Program-made: the position numbers and the translations under genes
Assembly: GCA_016180645.1 (NCBI GenBank)
Contig: JACPAV010000003.1
Span: 124,001 to 188,000 of the forward strand
Length of the DNA stretch: 64,000 nt
Direction of reading: 5' to 3'
Source: Nitrospirota bacterium
GTDB taxonomy: Bacteria; JACPQY01
In this document: piece after piece, positions 38,501 through 46,716 of the stretch
Layout of the letters: the number at the start of each line of letters is the position of its first letter
How positions within the stretch are numbered: the stretch's first letter is position 1
Notes under the pieces: generated by a model
Database searches by the model: none
The model's input: the letters and a program-made list of their open reading frames with translations, nothing else
Told to the model about the DNA's origin: nothing

Positions 38501-39487
38501 GTTGATGCGGTCGTCCACCGTTTTATTCGTGATGTCGGCCATCGTGTCCGCCACGCCGTCCGGACCGAGGGAGGCGGTCACCCTGACGTCAGGGGTGAAG
38601 TCCAGAGCCGTCCCGTCCCCTGCGTCCTTTGCGTCGTCCACGGCCCCGTCGTCGCAGGGGTTGCCGGCAACGCCGCCCGTGTCATAGTTGTGATCGCGGT
38701 CGTAGTAGAGTTGGGTGGCGGTGCAGGCTGGGAGATCGGCTGGGTCGTCACCGCCACCAGGGTTGCCCGCGCCTTGGCCGCAGTTTCCATCCGGGCCGCA
38801 ATCGAGGACGTAGTATTTGAACTTGCAGAGGCCCGTATCGCCACTGTCTTGGCAGGCGGAAACACCCCATACGCAAGGGGGAGCGGCGCAGGTATCGCAG
38901 CCGATGTAGGTTTCGCCTGGATCCCAGTAGTGATTGGGCGTGGCGGCATTGCTATCGTGGTCGAAGCCTTTCCCCGCCACATCCCAGAAAACTTCGGTCT
39001 TCTGCCAGACCTTGTCGTTGTTGGCGTCGGTGTAGACTTCATTCGACGTGCAGGCGGCGTCGTTGTTCCGGTCGGTGGAGAAATCGCCGTCGGCGTCTTC
39101 GATGAAAAGGGCTACGCAGGCGTTCCCGATGAGAGGCACGGAGAGACAGGTATCCACAAGCGCATCCGTGCTGGAGAGGAGAGACTTGATCGCGTCTTTC
39201 GTGTTCGTGGCGGAGAGGAAATTGTTGAGAACGGTTTCGGCGTAATCGAAAACGTTGTTGTTCAGCCGGACGGAGAGCGTGTTGGGAACCGCGGGCGCTG
39301 GGGCCGCGGAAAGCCCCGGAGGAGGTGTGCCTGAGCCGCAGGATGAGGTCCCTCCCCCACCGCTGCTACAGGCAAAAATCACGAAACTTGCGGCGAAAAC
39401 CGCGATCGTTTTACCACGAATTCCACCCCGCTCCGCTTCGCTTCGGGGGCGGCGAACTGAGCTGTTATTCGAACCAACGCCGATCAT
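35585..39487 (-). CDS. Giant Cys/Asp-rich lipoprotein, BPI/LBP(TULIP)-like, with MYXO-CTERM-like C-terminal sorting signal
   Basis: IFAC lipobox then SSGGGG; NTLSVRLNNNVFDYA resembles the BPI N-terminal PGxxxRITxxGLDYA; GxDGxxD repeats; C-terminus SGGGC-hydrophobic helix-RKK; GGAGGAG RBS. Confidence 0.75.
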   Translation of the reverse strand: MIGVGSNNSSVRRPRSEAERGGIRGKTIAVFAASFVIFACSSGGGGTSSCGSGTPPPGLSAAPAPAVPNTLSVRLNNNVFDYAETVLNNFLSATNTKDAIKSLLSSTDALVDTCLSVPLIGNACVALFIEDADGDFSTDRNNDAACTSNEVYTDANNDKVWQKTEVFWDVAGKGFDHDSNAATPNHYWDPGETYIGCDTCAAPPCVWGVSACQDSGDTGLCKFKYYVLDCGPDGNCGQGAGNPGGGDDPADLPACTATQLYYDRDHNYDTGGVAGNPCDDGAVDDAKDAGDGTALDFTPDVRVTASLGPDGVADTMADITNKTVDDRINIVFKLNNFTLDMVAKPNPKADGCGKDLLCGCGVDNVCGNGDDNAAAKADDELDKFISYLSLGGKGTLPYLNLKAGVGLLGGKFASANTMTTSGTQIGLTLDPLDLNTALTISLEPESGDSGDTSHFMADLLPYLEINTLRFMTQGYNSAINYFLSKGLPLLDLSTTIGVPIEHPLAPGSWINLGAELNFGMIATGPDDDNNDGTPEVGGANGKDNDDWDGDGVYNSPASAAQDDEADGLQLIGGLGFDMGFTGTNCLSGCTQDPTTKVWTCGAGANDPASLSWNTTSPVGLFGATSPNGADPVYSIGAGIHQNALSQILFNAYKSGALCLSVDKNTALVKDLVGALPIDIFSTDTFGLLMPSLVDPNKGNLAGKNMRFVIRPTFKNPSDGCYEDGNGGTPCSKYINTPFILAGGPDIGLPATNPYGNAQTGLTVGIPHLTLDLQADTTGTGTWKRIFGLDLATRLSMGVGIFRDTSCNPGLQGPPDTTPNDRCYVTTMAPRITLEADPMVSSFLWYNEAVELVPVGTYNPATPSAPYAQVEGVLSELLPLVLSGALQMDLMPRIDISSALNVGDPTATPPRGIALTTNFVGGQGADFNGLPGDDPEVAAIYDTNMDGKIDGSDVGSTNVAGDTFSLFLKLVEDLDNDCTPAELTATAPPGVLPACRTENYLNANDIWSLLCGDLVIDTLEADADMADILTMIKDMCNAAGFPVAAPPRPGVMVAANYDFLAPDTFILLGSRKEQSIDLMAEYKSADDFGLSPYGGSTLVVDAVDRFSRPDQIQFSYRLDGGAWHHFTKSNTIELPPLLEGYHLVQVASTNVNGVIDDTPATLSFWMDHLPPSIQISGLDGQTRVNVAEPRFQLNVTDFVAPASELKVEYRVDGSAWQAASAGDTIQLAETSEGDHVLEVQASDPAGNGTTASQTFNVDVPENKASGGGCVMVLGASGGGFSGFGLALIALVLGRTLSSRKK

Positions 39488-39775
39488 CTGCTCCTCCTCT
39501 CCTTATCCGATCACAGTGTGACCAGATAACGTTTCGAGTATAATTCCACGAAAATACGCGTCATGTCAACTACAAATAGCGCAAAAGCTCAGCCAAACTA
39601 TTCAATTATGCGGTCGTCACATCCATGGAAAAAGCCCTGATTTCAAAGGGATGATTTTTATTATTCGGGAACTTAACAGTTCACATGCCATTGTTGTGAC
39701 GAGCGTCATTTTTCACGAAAAAGGTGCGAAAGTAGTGAAAATTTTATCCGATTGTAGAACTGAGGTGTAAAGGAA

Positions 39776-40243
39776 TTGAGCTATCGAGACAAGGTGTTTT
39801 TTTTCGGGGAGATCTGCGTCTTGGCCGCGTTGTGCGTGTGGCAATCGTGCGATGAATTCGACTCTTCCGCAACAACGTTTGCGACCGGGATCGAAGCCGC
39901 GGCCGTGCCGGAGCCGGCGTGCGAGGGGTGTCCGCGGACGCCGACGGACTTGAAAGTCACGAAGGGAAGCGGGACGCAGGTCGTTCTCGAGTTCAAGGAC
40001 AACGCGAACAATGAGGATGGATTTGTTTTCGAGCGCCAGACCGACGGCGCGAGTTTTATTCCCGTCGGAAAAGCGCCGACGAACGTTTCCTGTTTGCTGG
40101 AGAACCCGACGCGGACCGGCCCGTGCTTCAGGGACAGCGATCCCGCGCTGACGACGGGCGTGACTTACACCTACCGCGCGCTGTCGTACCGGGAGTTTCT
40201 GTACTCGAACTACTCGAGCGCGATCGCGATTACGTTTCCGTAG
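39776..40243 (+). CDS. Small exported FN3-like (lipo)protein
   Basis: Hydrophobic signal with WQSC; P.TPTDL, F.DNANNEDGFVFER, F.D...L..G.TYTYR....YSNYS. Confidence 0.7.
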   Translation: MSYRDKVFFFGEICVLAALCVWQSCDEFDSSATTFATGIEAAAVPEPACEGCPRTPTDLKVTKGSGTQVVLEFKDNANNEDGFVFERQTDGASFIPVGKAPTNVSCLLENPTRTGPCFRDSDPALTTGVTYTYRALSYREFLYSNYSSAIAITFP

Positions 40244-40274
40244 AAGGCGCAGGCCAAATGCGTCCAACAGAATG

Positions 40275-40335
40275 CGTAGGGGAGGGTCTTCAGACCCTCC
40301 CGACAAGAGGGAGCATCTGAAGATGCTCCCCTACG
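40275..40335. repeat. Inverted pair of GTAG-type REP sequences (REPIN-like)
   Basis: CGTAGGGGAGGGTCTTCAGACCCTCCC followed by the inverted GGGAGCATCTGAAGATGCTCCCCTACG, between convergent genes. Confidence 0.75.
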
Positions 40336-40395
40336 AATCGGCATTCTGTCAGAGGCTCTAAAGCCTGCGGCTGCCAAGAGGGGGCAAAACCGCGA

Positions 40396-41997
40396 TTACG
40401 TTCCCGTAGCCGCCGATTCTTGGGGAAGCGGCAGGGGAACCGCCGCGGCGGGGAGCGAGAGCTTTTCCGCCACATCCTCCCAATGGAGTTGCGGGATGAG
40501 CCGACGCCGAACATAGAGATCGAAGTGGCGGTAGGCGCCAAGGTGCATGAAGATTTCCTCTCTCATCCCTCCGCGCAAGCCGCGGGCCAGTCCGACGGTT
40601 CGCCAAAAAAGCTGACGCACTTTCCGTTCGCGGTGAGTGAGGAAGAAGACGGCTGTGCTCCACACCGTGCGGAGATTGTGACCGGCAAACCGTTCGCTGA
40701 ACCGCTTCTTGTAGGGTGAGAGAGAGACGCGGGCGCGATCCACGAACTGTCGCATCCGGTCAAAGTACGCGCCGGGTTCGTAGATCCGCTCCAGGAGGGT
40801 GCGGTAGCCGTCGTAAAGTTGTTCCAGCGTCATCTGCTTGGGGATGATATTCGTGGCGGAGCAGTTGTTCATGAGGCTGCTTCCTTCCTCCCGGAGCCGT
40901 CCTTCCCTTTGGAGTCGCGCCCGCAGCGGAGTGCCGTGCGGAGCCTGGAGCATGCCGGCCATCACCACGGTGAGCCCGGCCTGCTGAATGAAGTCCACCT
41001 GCTCGTCGAAGATCGTCGCGTCGTCGTTGTCGAACCCGACGATCATCCCGGCCCAGACGACGATCCCGTAGGACTGGATCTTGCTGATGTGATCGACGAG
41101 GTTGCCGCCGGTGTTCTGCGTCTTGTTGGTCTCGCGCAGGCTGGCTTTTCGGGGAGTCTCGATTCCGATGAACACGCGGTGAAACCCGGCGCGGGCCATG
41201 AGGTTCATGAGCTCTTCATCGTAGGCGAGGTTGATCGTGACCTGGGTCATGAACGTCAGCGGTTTGCGGACGCGCGTTTGCAGTTCGACAATTTCCCGTA
41301 GGACGGCTTTCGCGTACTTGCGGTCGCCGATGAAATTATCGTCCGTGATGAAGAAGCTTTCGACTTGCCGGTCGGAGAGCATTTGCAGTTCGGTGATGAC
41401 CTGATCCACGGGCTTTCGGCGGACCTTGTGGCCGTGGAGGACGATGATGTCGCAGAATTCGCAGTCGAACGGGCAGCCGCGGGTGGTCTGGATCGCGCCG
41501 ACGCCGTAGGATTGGAGGGGCACGGTGTCCCACCGCGGAACGGGAGTGTGATCCATCGAAACGCTTTCCTTTTGCTCGTAGATGGAGCTCCACGACCCGG
41601 AGGCGTAGTCCTTCCAGAATTGGGGGAAGGTGTACTCCGCCTCCCCCAGGAAGAAGACGTCGGCGTAGGGCCGGAGTGAATCGGGATCCAGTGTGGCGTA
41701 CGGTCCGCCGATGAGGACCAGTTTTCCGCGTTTGCGGAATTCGGTCGCCAGTTCGATCATGCGCGCGACCTGGAGGTTGTATCCGGTGATGCCGATGATG
41801 TCCGCATTGGTGTCAAGTGCGACCTCCTCCACGTTCTCATCGCAGCAAACCACTTCATGCTCGGGCGGCACGAGGGCGGCCAGGGTGGGGAGGGCCAGGT
41901 TCGGAAGAGAGTATCGCCGGCCCTGAAGCTGCTGGCCGTACCGCAGGCCCCAGAACGTATCGGGGCATTTCGGATTGATCAGGTATATTTTTGCCAC
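40396..41997 (-). CDS. B12-binding radical SAM protein (HpnP/DUF4070-like)
   Basis: PNLALPTLAAL, GGPYAT, GEAE, QTTRGCPFDCEFCD (CxxxCxxC), FITDDNFIG, VFIGIET, GMIVGFDND, LQAP.GT.L..RL..EGRL. Confidence 0.88.
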   Translation of the reverse strand: MAKIYLINPKCPDTFWGLRYGQQLQGRRYSLPNLALPTLAALVPPEHEVVCCDENVEEVALDTNADIIGITGYNLQVARMIELATEFRKRGKLVLIGGPYATLDPDSLRPYADVFFLGEAEYTFPQFWKDYASGSWSSIYEQKESVSMDHTPVPRWDTVPLQSYGVGAIQTTRGCPFDCEFCDIIVLHGHKVRRKPVDQVITELQMLSDRQVESFFITDDNFIGDRKYAKAVLREIVELQTRVRKPLTFMTQVTINLAYDEELMNLMARAGFHRVFIGIETPRKASLRETNKTQNTGGNLVDHISKIQSYGIVVWAGMIVGFDNDDATIFDEQVDFIQQAGLTVVMAGMLQAPHGTPLRARLQREGRLREEGSSLMNNCSATNIIPKQMTLEQLYDGYRTLLERIYEPGAYFDRMRQFVDRARVSLSPYKKRFSERFAGHNLRTVWSTAVFFLTHRERKVRQLFWRTVGLARGLRGGMREEIFMHLGAYRHFDLYVRRRLIPQLHWEDVAEKLSLPAAAVPLPLPQESAATGT

Positions 41998-42027
41998 AGG
42001 TTACCTCCGGTATATGTTCCTACTGAT

Positions 42028-42112
42028 GTGCATATTTGCACCAGGGTAAACATTTATACCGGAATGTCAAGTCCCTGGCGTCCTTGACCGGCTTCGGGCG
42101 GGGGGATACCCT
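42028..42112. promoter_or_regulatory. Divergent sigma70 promoters with palindromic operator; tetR transcript apparently leaderless
   Basis: Palindrome GTGCATATTTGCAC (42028-42041); minus TTGACA(42070)-16-TACCCT; plus TTGACC(42084)-17-TACCCT(42112), ending 6 nt before ATG 42119. Confidence 0.6.
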
Positions 42113-42118
42113 TCCTTC

Positions 42119-42766
42119 ATGACCAGTCCCCTCATGCTTTCCGCCCAGAAACCCGGTTTAGCCAAGGCCCTGCCCTTGCGGGAACGCAAGCGGCAGCGCC
42201 TCCAGCAGGACATCTTCCGCGCGGGCATCGATCTGTTCATGCGCCGGGGCTATCAGCCGACGAGCGTGGAGGACATCTGCCAGCGCGCGGAGGTGAGCAA
42301 GCGGACGTTTTTCAACTATTTTCAGAGCAAGGATGAAATCCTCAGAAAGTACGCCGAACGCGGACTGGAGCTTGCCAAGCTCATGTTGGCCGAGCCACTT
42401 CGGAATTCAGAGATGGCGATGGATCGGATCCAGGACTTGCTCCGCGCGTTGATCGAGGAGGCGGAATCCAACCACGATTTTTATCGGGAGGTGTTTCACG
42501 ATCTGCTCCGGGCGCATCTCGGCTTTTCCGCGGATGGACGCAAAGTGGAAGGTCTCACCTTCATGGACCTGATCATCCCACTGATGCGGGAGGGCCAGCG
42601 CCGGGGAGAGTTCAGCAAGCGTCAGAGGCCGGAAGTTCTTGCGGAGTCCATTTCCGGGATGTTCACCAGCGTGATTCTGAATTGGCTGAGGTCGGCTCGC
42701 CCCACCCCGCTGTTGCCGCGCTTCCGAGAGGCCATCGCCCTCTTCCTCCGCGGCGCGAGGCCCTAA
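42119..42766 (+). CDS. TetR/AcrR family regulator
   Basis: LRERK, A..LF..RGY..TSVEDIC.RAEVSKRTFFNYF.SKDEIL; GQ.RGEF. Confidence 0.92.
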   Translation: MTSPLMLSAQKPGLAKALPLRERKRQRLQQDIFRAGIDLFMRRGYQPTSVEDICQRAEVSKRTFFNYFQSKDEILRKYAERGLELAKLMLAEPLRNSEMAMDRIQDLLRALIEEAESNHDFYREVFHDLLRAHLGFSADGRKVEGLTFMDLIIPLMREGQRRGEFSKRQRPEVLAESISGMFTSVILNWLRSARPTPLLPRFREAIALFLRGARP

Positions 42767-42772
42767 ATATTA

Positions 42773-42829
42773 GGTGACAGTATACTCTATTTGATTGAAT
42801 AATAGTATACTGTCACCGATTATCCCGCT
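42773..42829. repeat. 45-bp palindromic element, family A copy 1
   Basis: GGTGACAGTATAC...GTATACTGTCACC plus tail ATTATCCCGCT; second copy at 59957. Confidence 0.75.
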
Positions 42830-43118
42830 TGAGGATTTCAAACCGCTCCCCGATGACGCTCCGGAATTCCGGGGAGATTCCTTCCCAGTCGAGCACATCC
42901 ACGCGAAAGGGCAGGTCCGAATCTTCGAAATCCGCGCATATCAAGGCGAGAGTTCGCTCGGGGACCCGCCCCGAGCCCACGATGGCCAGATCCAAATCGG
43001 ATCGATCGTCGGCGCCATCGGCCACCCTGGACCCGAAGGCGCGAATCTCCGCCTCAGGGACGTGGCGGTTGAGAATCGCCCGAACGAGGTCCAAGTGATC
43101 AGGGCGAACATGGATCAT
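42813..43118 (-). CDS. Minimal nucleotidyltransferase (MNT) antitoxin-like
   Basis: AFGSR......SDLDLAI, DLPFRVDVLDW; coupled to HEPN gene. Confidence 0.88.
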   Translation of the reverse strand: MIHVRPDHLDLVRAILNRHVPEAEIRAFGSRVADGADDRSDLDLAIVGSGRVPERTLALICADFEDSDLPFRVDVLDWEGISPEFRSVIGERFEILKRDNR

Positions 43119-43531
43119 GTCGCCCTCTTCCGCAGCAGCGCCAGCAGCTTGATCGCGTCGGCCAGGAATGCACGGGCTGCCTGGAATACTTCCGCTGCCT
43201 TCGTCTGGTCATACACGTGGCTCGTTAGGTTTCTCATTCGGAGATAGTAGAGCCACGTTTCCGCGTCCTCAAGCAGCCCTTGTTCGGATCCGGCGCGGAA
43301 GAGTTCCTTATTCGTCATCATGCCCACCCGCCCGAGGCCGTAGGCATCCAGAAAGCGCCTCAACATCTTCCAACACAATTCGAATGTGAACTCGAACCGT
43401 TGGATCACGCCGTCGCGAAGGACAACCTTCTCGGATGCGTCGTCCGCCAGTGAACTCGTCGAATACACGCGAAGGGCCTCTTCCAGGGAGGCCACGGCTT
43501 TTTCCAGGCTTGCCAGGCTGAGCTTCGCCAT
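43115..43531 (-). CDS. HEPN / HI0074-family nucleotidyltransferase substrate-binding protein (toxin-like)
   Basis: RDGVIQRFEFTFELCWK, W......RNLTSH.YD (Rx4H). Confidence 0.88.
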   Translation of the reverse strand: MAKLSLASLEKAVASLEEALRVYSTSSLADDASEKVVLRDGVIQRFEFTFELCWKMLRRFLDAYGLGRVGMMTNKELFRAGSEQGLLEDAETWLYYLRMRNLTSHVYDQTKAAEVFQAARAFLADAIKLLALLRKRAT

Positions 43532-43639
43532 CCGCGCACCTTGATCTTACGTGTGCGCACTTCCTTCGGCAAGGGCTGGCGGTCGCATTCCGCCGCGGCA
43601 CGGACGCCGGGTCAGGCGGACTTGATAGCGATGGGGCCT

Positions 43640-44640
43640 TCCAAGCTTGGAACGATGAACCGAAAACATTCCCCCCGGCTTCCGTGGATGTTTCCCCGGA
43701 TCGAGCTCCGCGAACAATGATTCCGAAGGGTCGGCCCTGACTTTTCGCTTCGTTGAGCAATTGCCGCTTGAGTGTGGAGAAGGGAACCTTCCTGCCGGAC
43801 GTCATGATCAGGTTTCCCATGCGCGCGACCGGCTTCTGAAAGGATCTCCAGCCAACCGGGCTTTCCGCCCGCCCGTGGCCATTGGAGTGTTGGAAACCCT
43901 TGATCGGAGTTCTCGACAGCAGGTAGTTCTTCAGAACACCTCTCTCAACGAGCGAGACCGCTTGTGCCGGAACCCCTTCCGAGTCATGAGAGTAGGCTCC
44001 GTTCAAGGTCTTGCCGTCGTAGCGTTCCCGTGTTGGGTCATCCACCACGGTCAGGAAATCGGGAAGAATTTTCTTCCCCAACCTGTCCTTGAATGTGTGT
44101 CCTTCCTCGGGCCGGCGCTGTCGTTCGCCTTCGAGCCGGTGGCCCAGCGCCTCATGGAGAAAGACACCGGCCACGTCACCGTCCAGGATGGCAGGCCCCG
44201 TATACGAAGCGATCTCTTCCGCCTCGGATCATGCGAGCAGCTCCGCGGCAAGCGCCTCCGCGTCCTGCGCCAGAGTGGGTTCATCGGGCATCTCTTGCGC
44301 CTCACGTCCGGCATGCCGTCGGAAACTGTCCAAGAGGATGCCATCCCGACTCATGGTCTTGCCGGCCAGATCGACCGTGTAGTAGGTGCCGGTAGTCTTC
44401 AGAGTTGTCCCTTCGGTGTTCACCAGGTAGTTGACGACTCGGTTCACCGGTACTTCCATCGTTGCGTCGATCACATGGGGATGCCCGGCCAATGTTCGAG
44501 TGGTTTTCTAGAGGGATGGTCGCCATGTCCCACAATGTCCAGGTATTTTCCCCGTAGTCCTCCTACGAGAATTCGTCCTCGGCGCTCACGCCGGAATTGT
44601 CAAGATCGTAGCTTCCCACGCGGACCTCAACGCCGGCCTG
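43640..44640 (-). pseudogene. TldD/PmbA-family metalloprotease pseudogene
   Basis: VEVRVGSYDLDNS, VNTEGT, YTGPAIL, FLHEALGHRLEG, LTVVDDPT, SNGHGRA, VARMGNL; in-frame TAG (44563) and TGA (44229), frame break near 44490, both ends missing. Confidence 0.8.
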
Positions 44641-44669
44641 CCGATGGGGATGGAGCGAAGGGGGGGGGC

Positions 44670-44704
44670 TTGACGGCGCCATGCAAGCAAGTATATGCTT
44701 GCAT
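44670..44704 (+). promoter_or_regulatory. Promoter with TetR-type operator for the efflux operon
   Basis: TTGACG(44670)-18-TATGCT(44694), overlapped by inverted repeat ATGCAAGCA-N6-TGCTTGCAT (44681-44704). Confidence 0.65.
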
Positions 44705-45321
44705 GCATCATGTTCAGGGGGCTGTTCGCCAAGGAGCCGGACGTCAATGCCAAGGAGAGAATCCTGAAGGCCGCGTACGATCTTTTCCTCCGCGATGGGA
44801 TTGAGACGACCCCTACCCGAAAAATCGCACAGGCTGCGAAGGTGAACGAGGTCACGTTGTTCCGGCATTTCCGCAGCAAGGACGGCCTCATCCGCGCGGT
44901 CATCGAGCGCCATGCGCCGTCCGTCGTCGCCGCCAAACTCGGGGACCTCGCGCCAACGGACGACCTCGAAGAAGATCTCTACCGGCTCACCCGCCGGATC
45001 ATGGGGTTCCATACGGAGCACGCGGAGTTCTTCAGGTTCGTTTTCGTGAACCTTTCCAGGACGAAGCATCAGGACATCTTTCGAAATATCCCGACGCAAT
45101 TCCTCGCGCATCAGAAGAAGTTTTTCGGCTCTCTCTGCCGCCGCCGGGGACTGGATTGCACGGCCGTCTGCATGGAGTACGTCGCCCCCATCGTCTTGCG
45201 ATCGCTTCGACAGGTCTTCCTCGGAGATCCGTACCCCTTCCCGGGGGACGAGAAATTCGCCCGCACGCATGCTCGGATCTTCGCGGGGGCGCTGGGGGGC
45301 GAAAGCCGGAGTCGCAAATGA
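44695..45321 (+). CDS. TetR/AcrR family regulator (true start probably 44710 or later)
   Basis: KERILKAA.DLF...G..T.TRKIA.AA.VNEVTLFRHF.SK..L. Confidence 0.9.
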   Translation: MLACIMFRGLFAKEPDVNAKERILKAAYDLFLRDGIETTPTRKIAQAAKVNEVTLFRHFRSKDGLIRAVIERHAPSVVAAKLGDLAPTDDLEEDLYRLTRRIMGFHTEHAEFFRFVFVNLSRTKHQDIFRNIPTQFLAHQKKFFGSLCRRRGLDCTAVCMEYVAPIVLRSLRQVFLGDPYPFPGDEKFARTHARIFAGALGGESRSRK

Positions 45322-46712
45322 CTCGCACATTCGAATGCCCGATACTATCGAGGCTAAGCCTCGATAGCGGCTATCGAGGCTTAGCCTCGATAGTGGTAGC
45401 CCTCATGTTGGGGGGCGTGGCTCAGCCGGTCAGCTCTGCCGCCGACGGCTCTCTCACCCTCGGCCAGGCCCTCGAATACGCGCGGAAGCACAGTCCGCAG
45501 CTCCGGGGCGCGGAGGCGGCCGTCGACGCGGCCCACGGCCAGCAGTGGGAAACGCTCGGCGAGTTCCTGCCCCAGATGCACTGGAACATGCAGTTCACCC
45601 GGAACAGCAAGGCGCCCCTCGGTTCGCTCGCCGGCGGAGGCGGGAGCGGCATCCGCCCCTCTTTCACGTCTCAGGAGTTCTATTCCGACAGTCTGGCCAT
45701 TTCCCAGAAAGTCTTCACCTGGAAGATGGCGCCCGCTCTTCGGGCCTCGCAGGCCAATGTGCGCCGAACGGTCGAGGATCGTATGGCCGCCGAAAACGAT
45801 CTCACGCATGATGCCACCACCGCGTTCTACGGCCTTCTCTATGCGCGTCAGACGGTCGTCATCGCCGAGCGCGCGGAGAGCGTCGCCCGGACCACCCATG
45901 AGACGAGCGAGAAGCTCTACAAGGAGGGAAAAGCCTCCAGCTTTGACGTGTCCCGCGCGAAAGTCCGATGGGTCAACAGCCGGACGGATGTCATTCGCGC
46001 GAGAAACGGACTTCGATTGGCCAGGGAGCGACTCGCCGTCCTGCTCGGATGGAACGACGCCGGCGCGCTCGAAATTCAGGGGTCGCTGGAACGACCGCCG
46101 GCCGCCATCGACCTTGCCGGCTCCTTGGACCGCGCCGAGAAGGACAGACCTGAGCTGGTCTCCATCCGAGCCCAGCAGACGCTTCTTCGCAGCAACGTGG
46201 AAGTTGCCCGGTCATTCCTGATCCCGAGCGTGTCGGCGGGTTTCAGCTACCAGTTCGAAGACCCGTCGCTCACTTCCAGCCCGGACTACAAGGCATGGGC
46301 CGCCACGGCCACGCTCGCGGTCCCGCTCTTCGACGGCCTCACATCGTACGGCCGTCTCTCCGCCGCGCGGGCCCAAGTGCGGAGGTCGCAGGCCGCCGAG
46401 CAGCAGATCCGCGAGGCGATCGATCTTGAGGTTCGCCAGGCTGTTCTCTCGCTTGGCGAGGCCGGCGAGCGCATCGAGGCCCAGCGGGAAAACGTCTCCA
46501 CCGCGAAGGAGAACCTGAGGATCGCTCAGGAGCGATTTCGTCTGGGCCTGCTCTCGCTCCTGGATCTCAAGGACGCCGAACTGACATTAACGCAGGCGGA
46601 AACGGCGCATGCAGAAGCCCTGTTCCACTATCAACTTGCCGCGACCGATCTGGAACATGCGATGGGCGGGCCGATCGAACCGGGCCGCGAGTCCACCCCG
46701 AAAGGAGACTGA
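45318..46712 (+). CDS. TolC-family outer membrane efflux protein 1
   Basis: ATGA coupling to tetR; LTL.QA...A....P, A.ENL.IA.ERF..G..S.LDL.DA...L..A; VPLFDG. Confidence 0.88.
   Translation: MTRTFECPILSRLSLDSGYRGLASIVVALMLGGVAQPVSSAADGSLTLGQALEYARKHSPQLRGAEAAVDAAHGQQWETLGEFLPQMHWNMQFTRNSKAPLGSLAGGGGSGIRPSFTSQEFYSDSLAISQKVFTWKMAPALRASQANVRRTVEDRMAAENDLTHDATTAFYGLLYARQTVVIAERAESVARTTHETSEKLYKEGKASSFDVSRAKVRWVNSRTDVIRARNGLRLARERLAVLLGWNDAGALEIQGSLERPPAAIDLAGSLDRAEKDRPELVSIRAQQTLLRSNVEVARSFLIPSVSAGFSYQFEDPSLTSSPDYKAWAATATLAVPLFDGLTSYGRLSAARAQVRRSQAAEQQIREAIDLEVRQAVLSLGEAGERIEAQRENVSTAKENLRIAQERFRLGLLSLLDLKDAELTLTQAETAHAEALFHYQLAATDLEHAMGGPIEPGRESTPKGD
45344..45394. repeat. 51-bp nested perfect palindrome, family B copy 1 (inside the TolC1 signal region)
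   Basis: ACTATCGAGGCTAAGCCTCGATAGC-G-GCTATCGAGGCTTAGCCTCGATAGT; second copy at 59424. Confidence 0.8.
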
Positions 46713-46716
46713 TGTT

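Noticed and set aside
30965-39334. Long plus-strand ORFs (671, 402 and 539 aa), and similar ones opposite the giant lipoproteins and RND genes
   Set aside because: Typical stop-poor antisense frames of high-GC coding sequence
39490-39775. AT-rich segment as origin, att site or RNA gene
   Set aside because: Lies between divergent genes and is adequately explained as a promoter region; no tRNA fold, DnaA-box cluster or integrase seen
44229-44231. In-frame TGA in the tldD-like frame as selenocysteine
   Set aside because: Not a conserved Cys position, and the gene has another stop, a frame break and truncated ends, so it is a pseudogene
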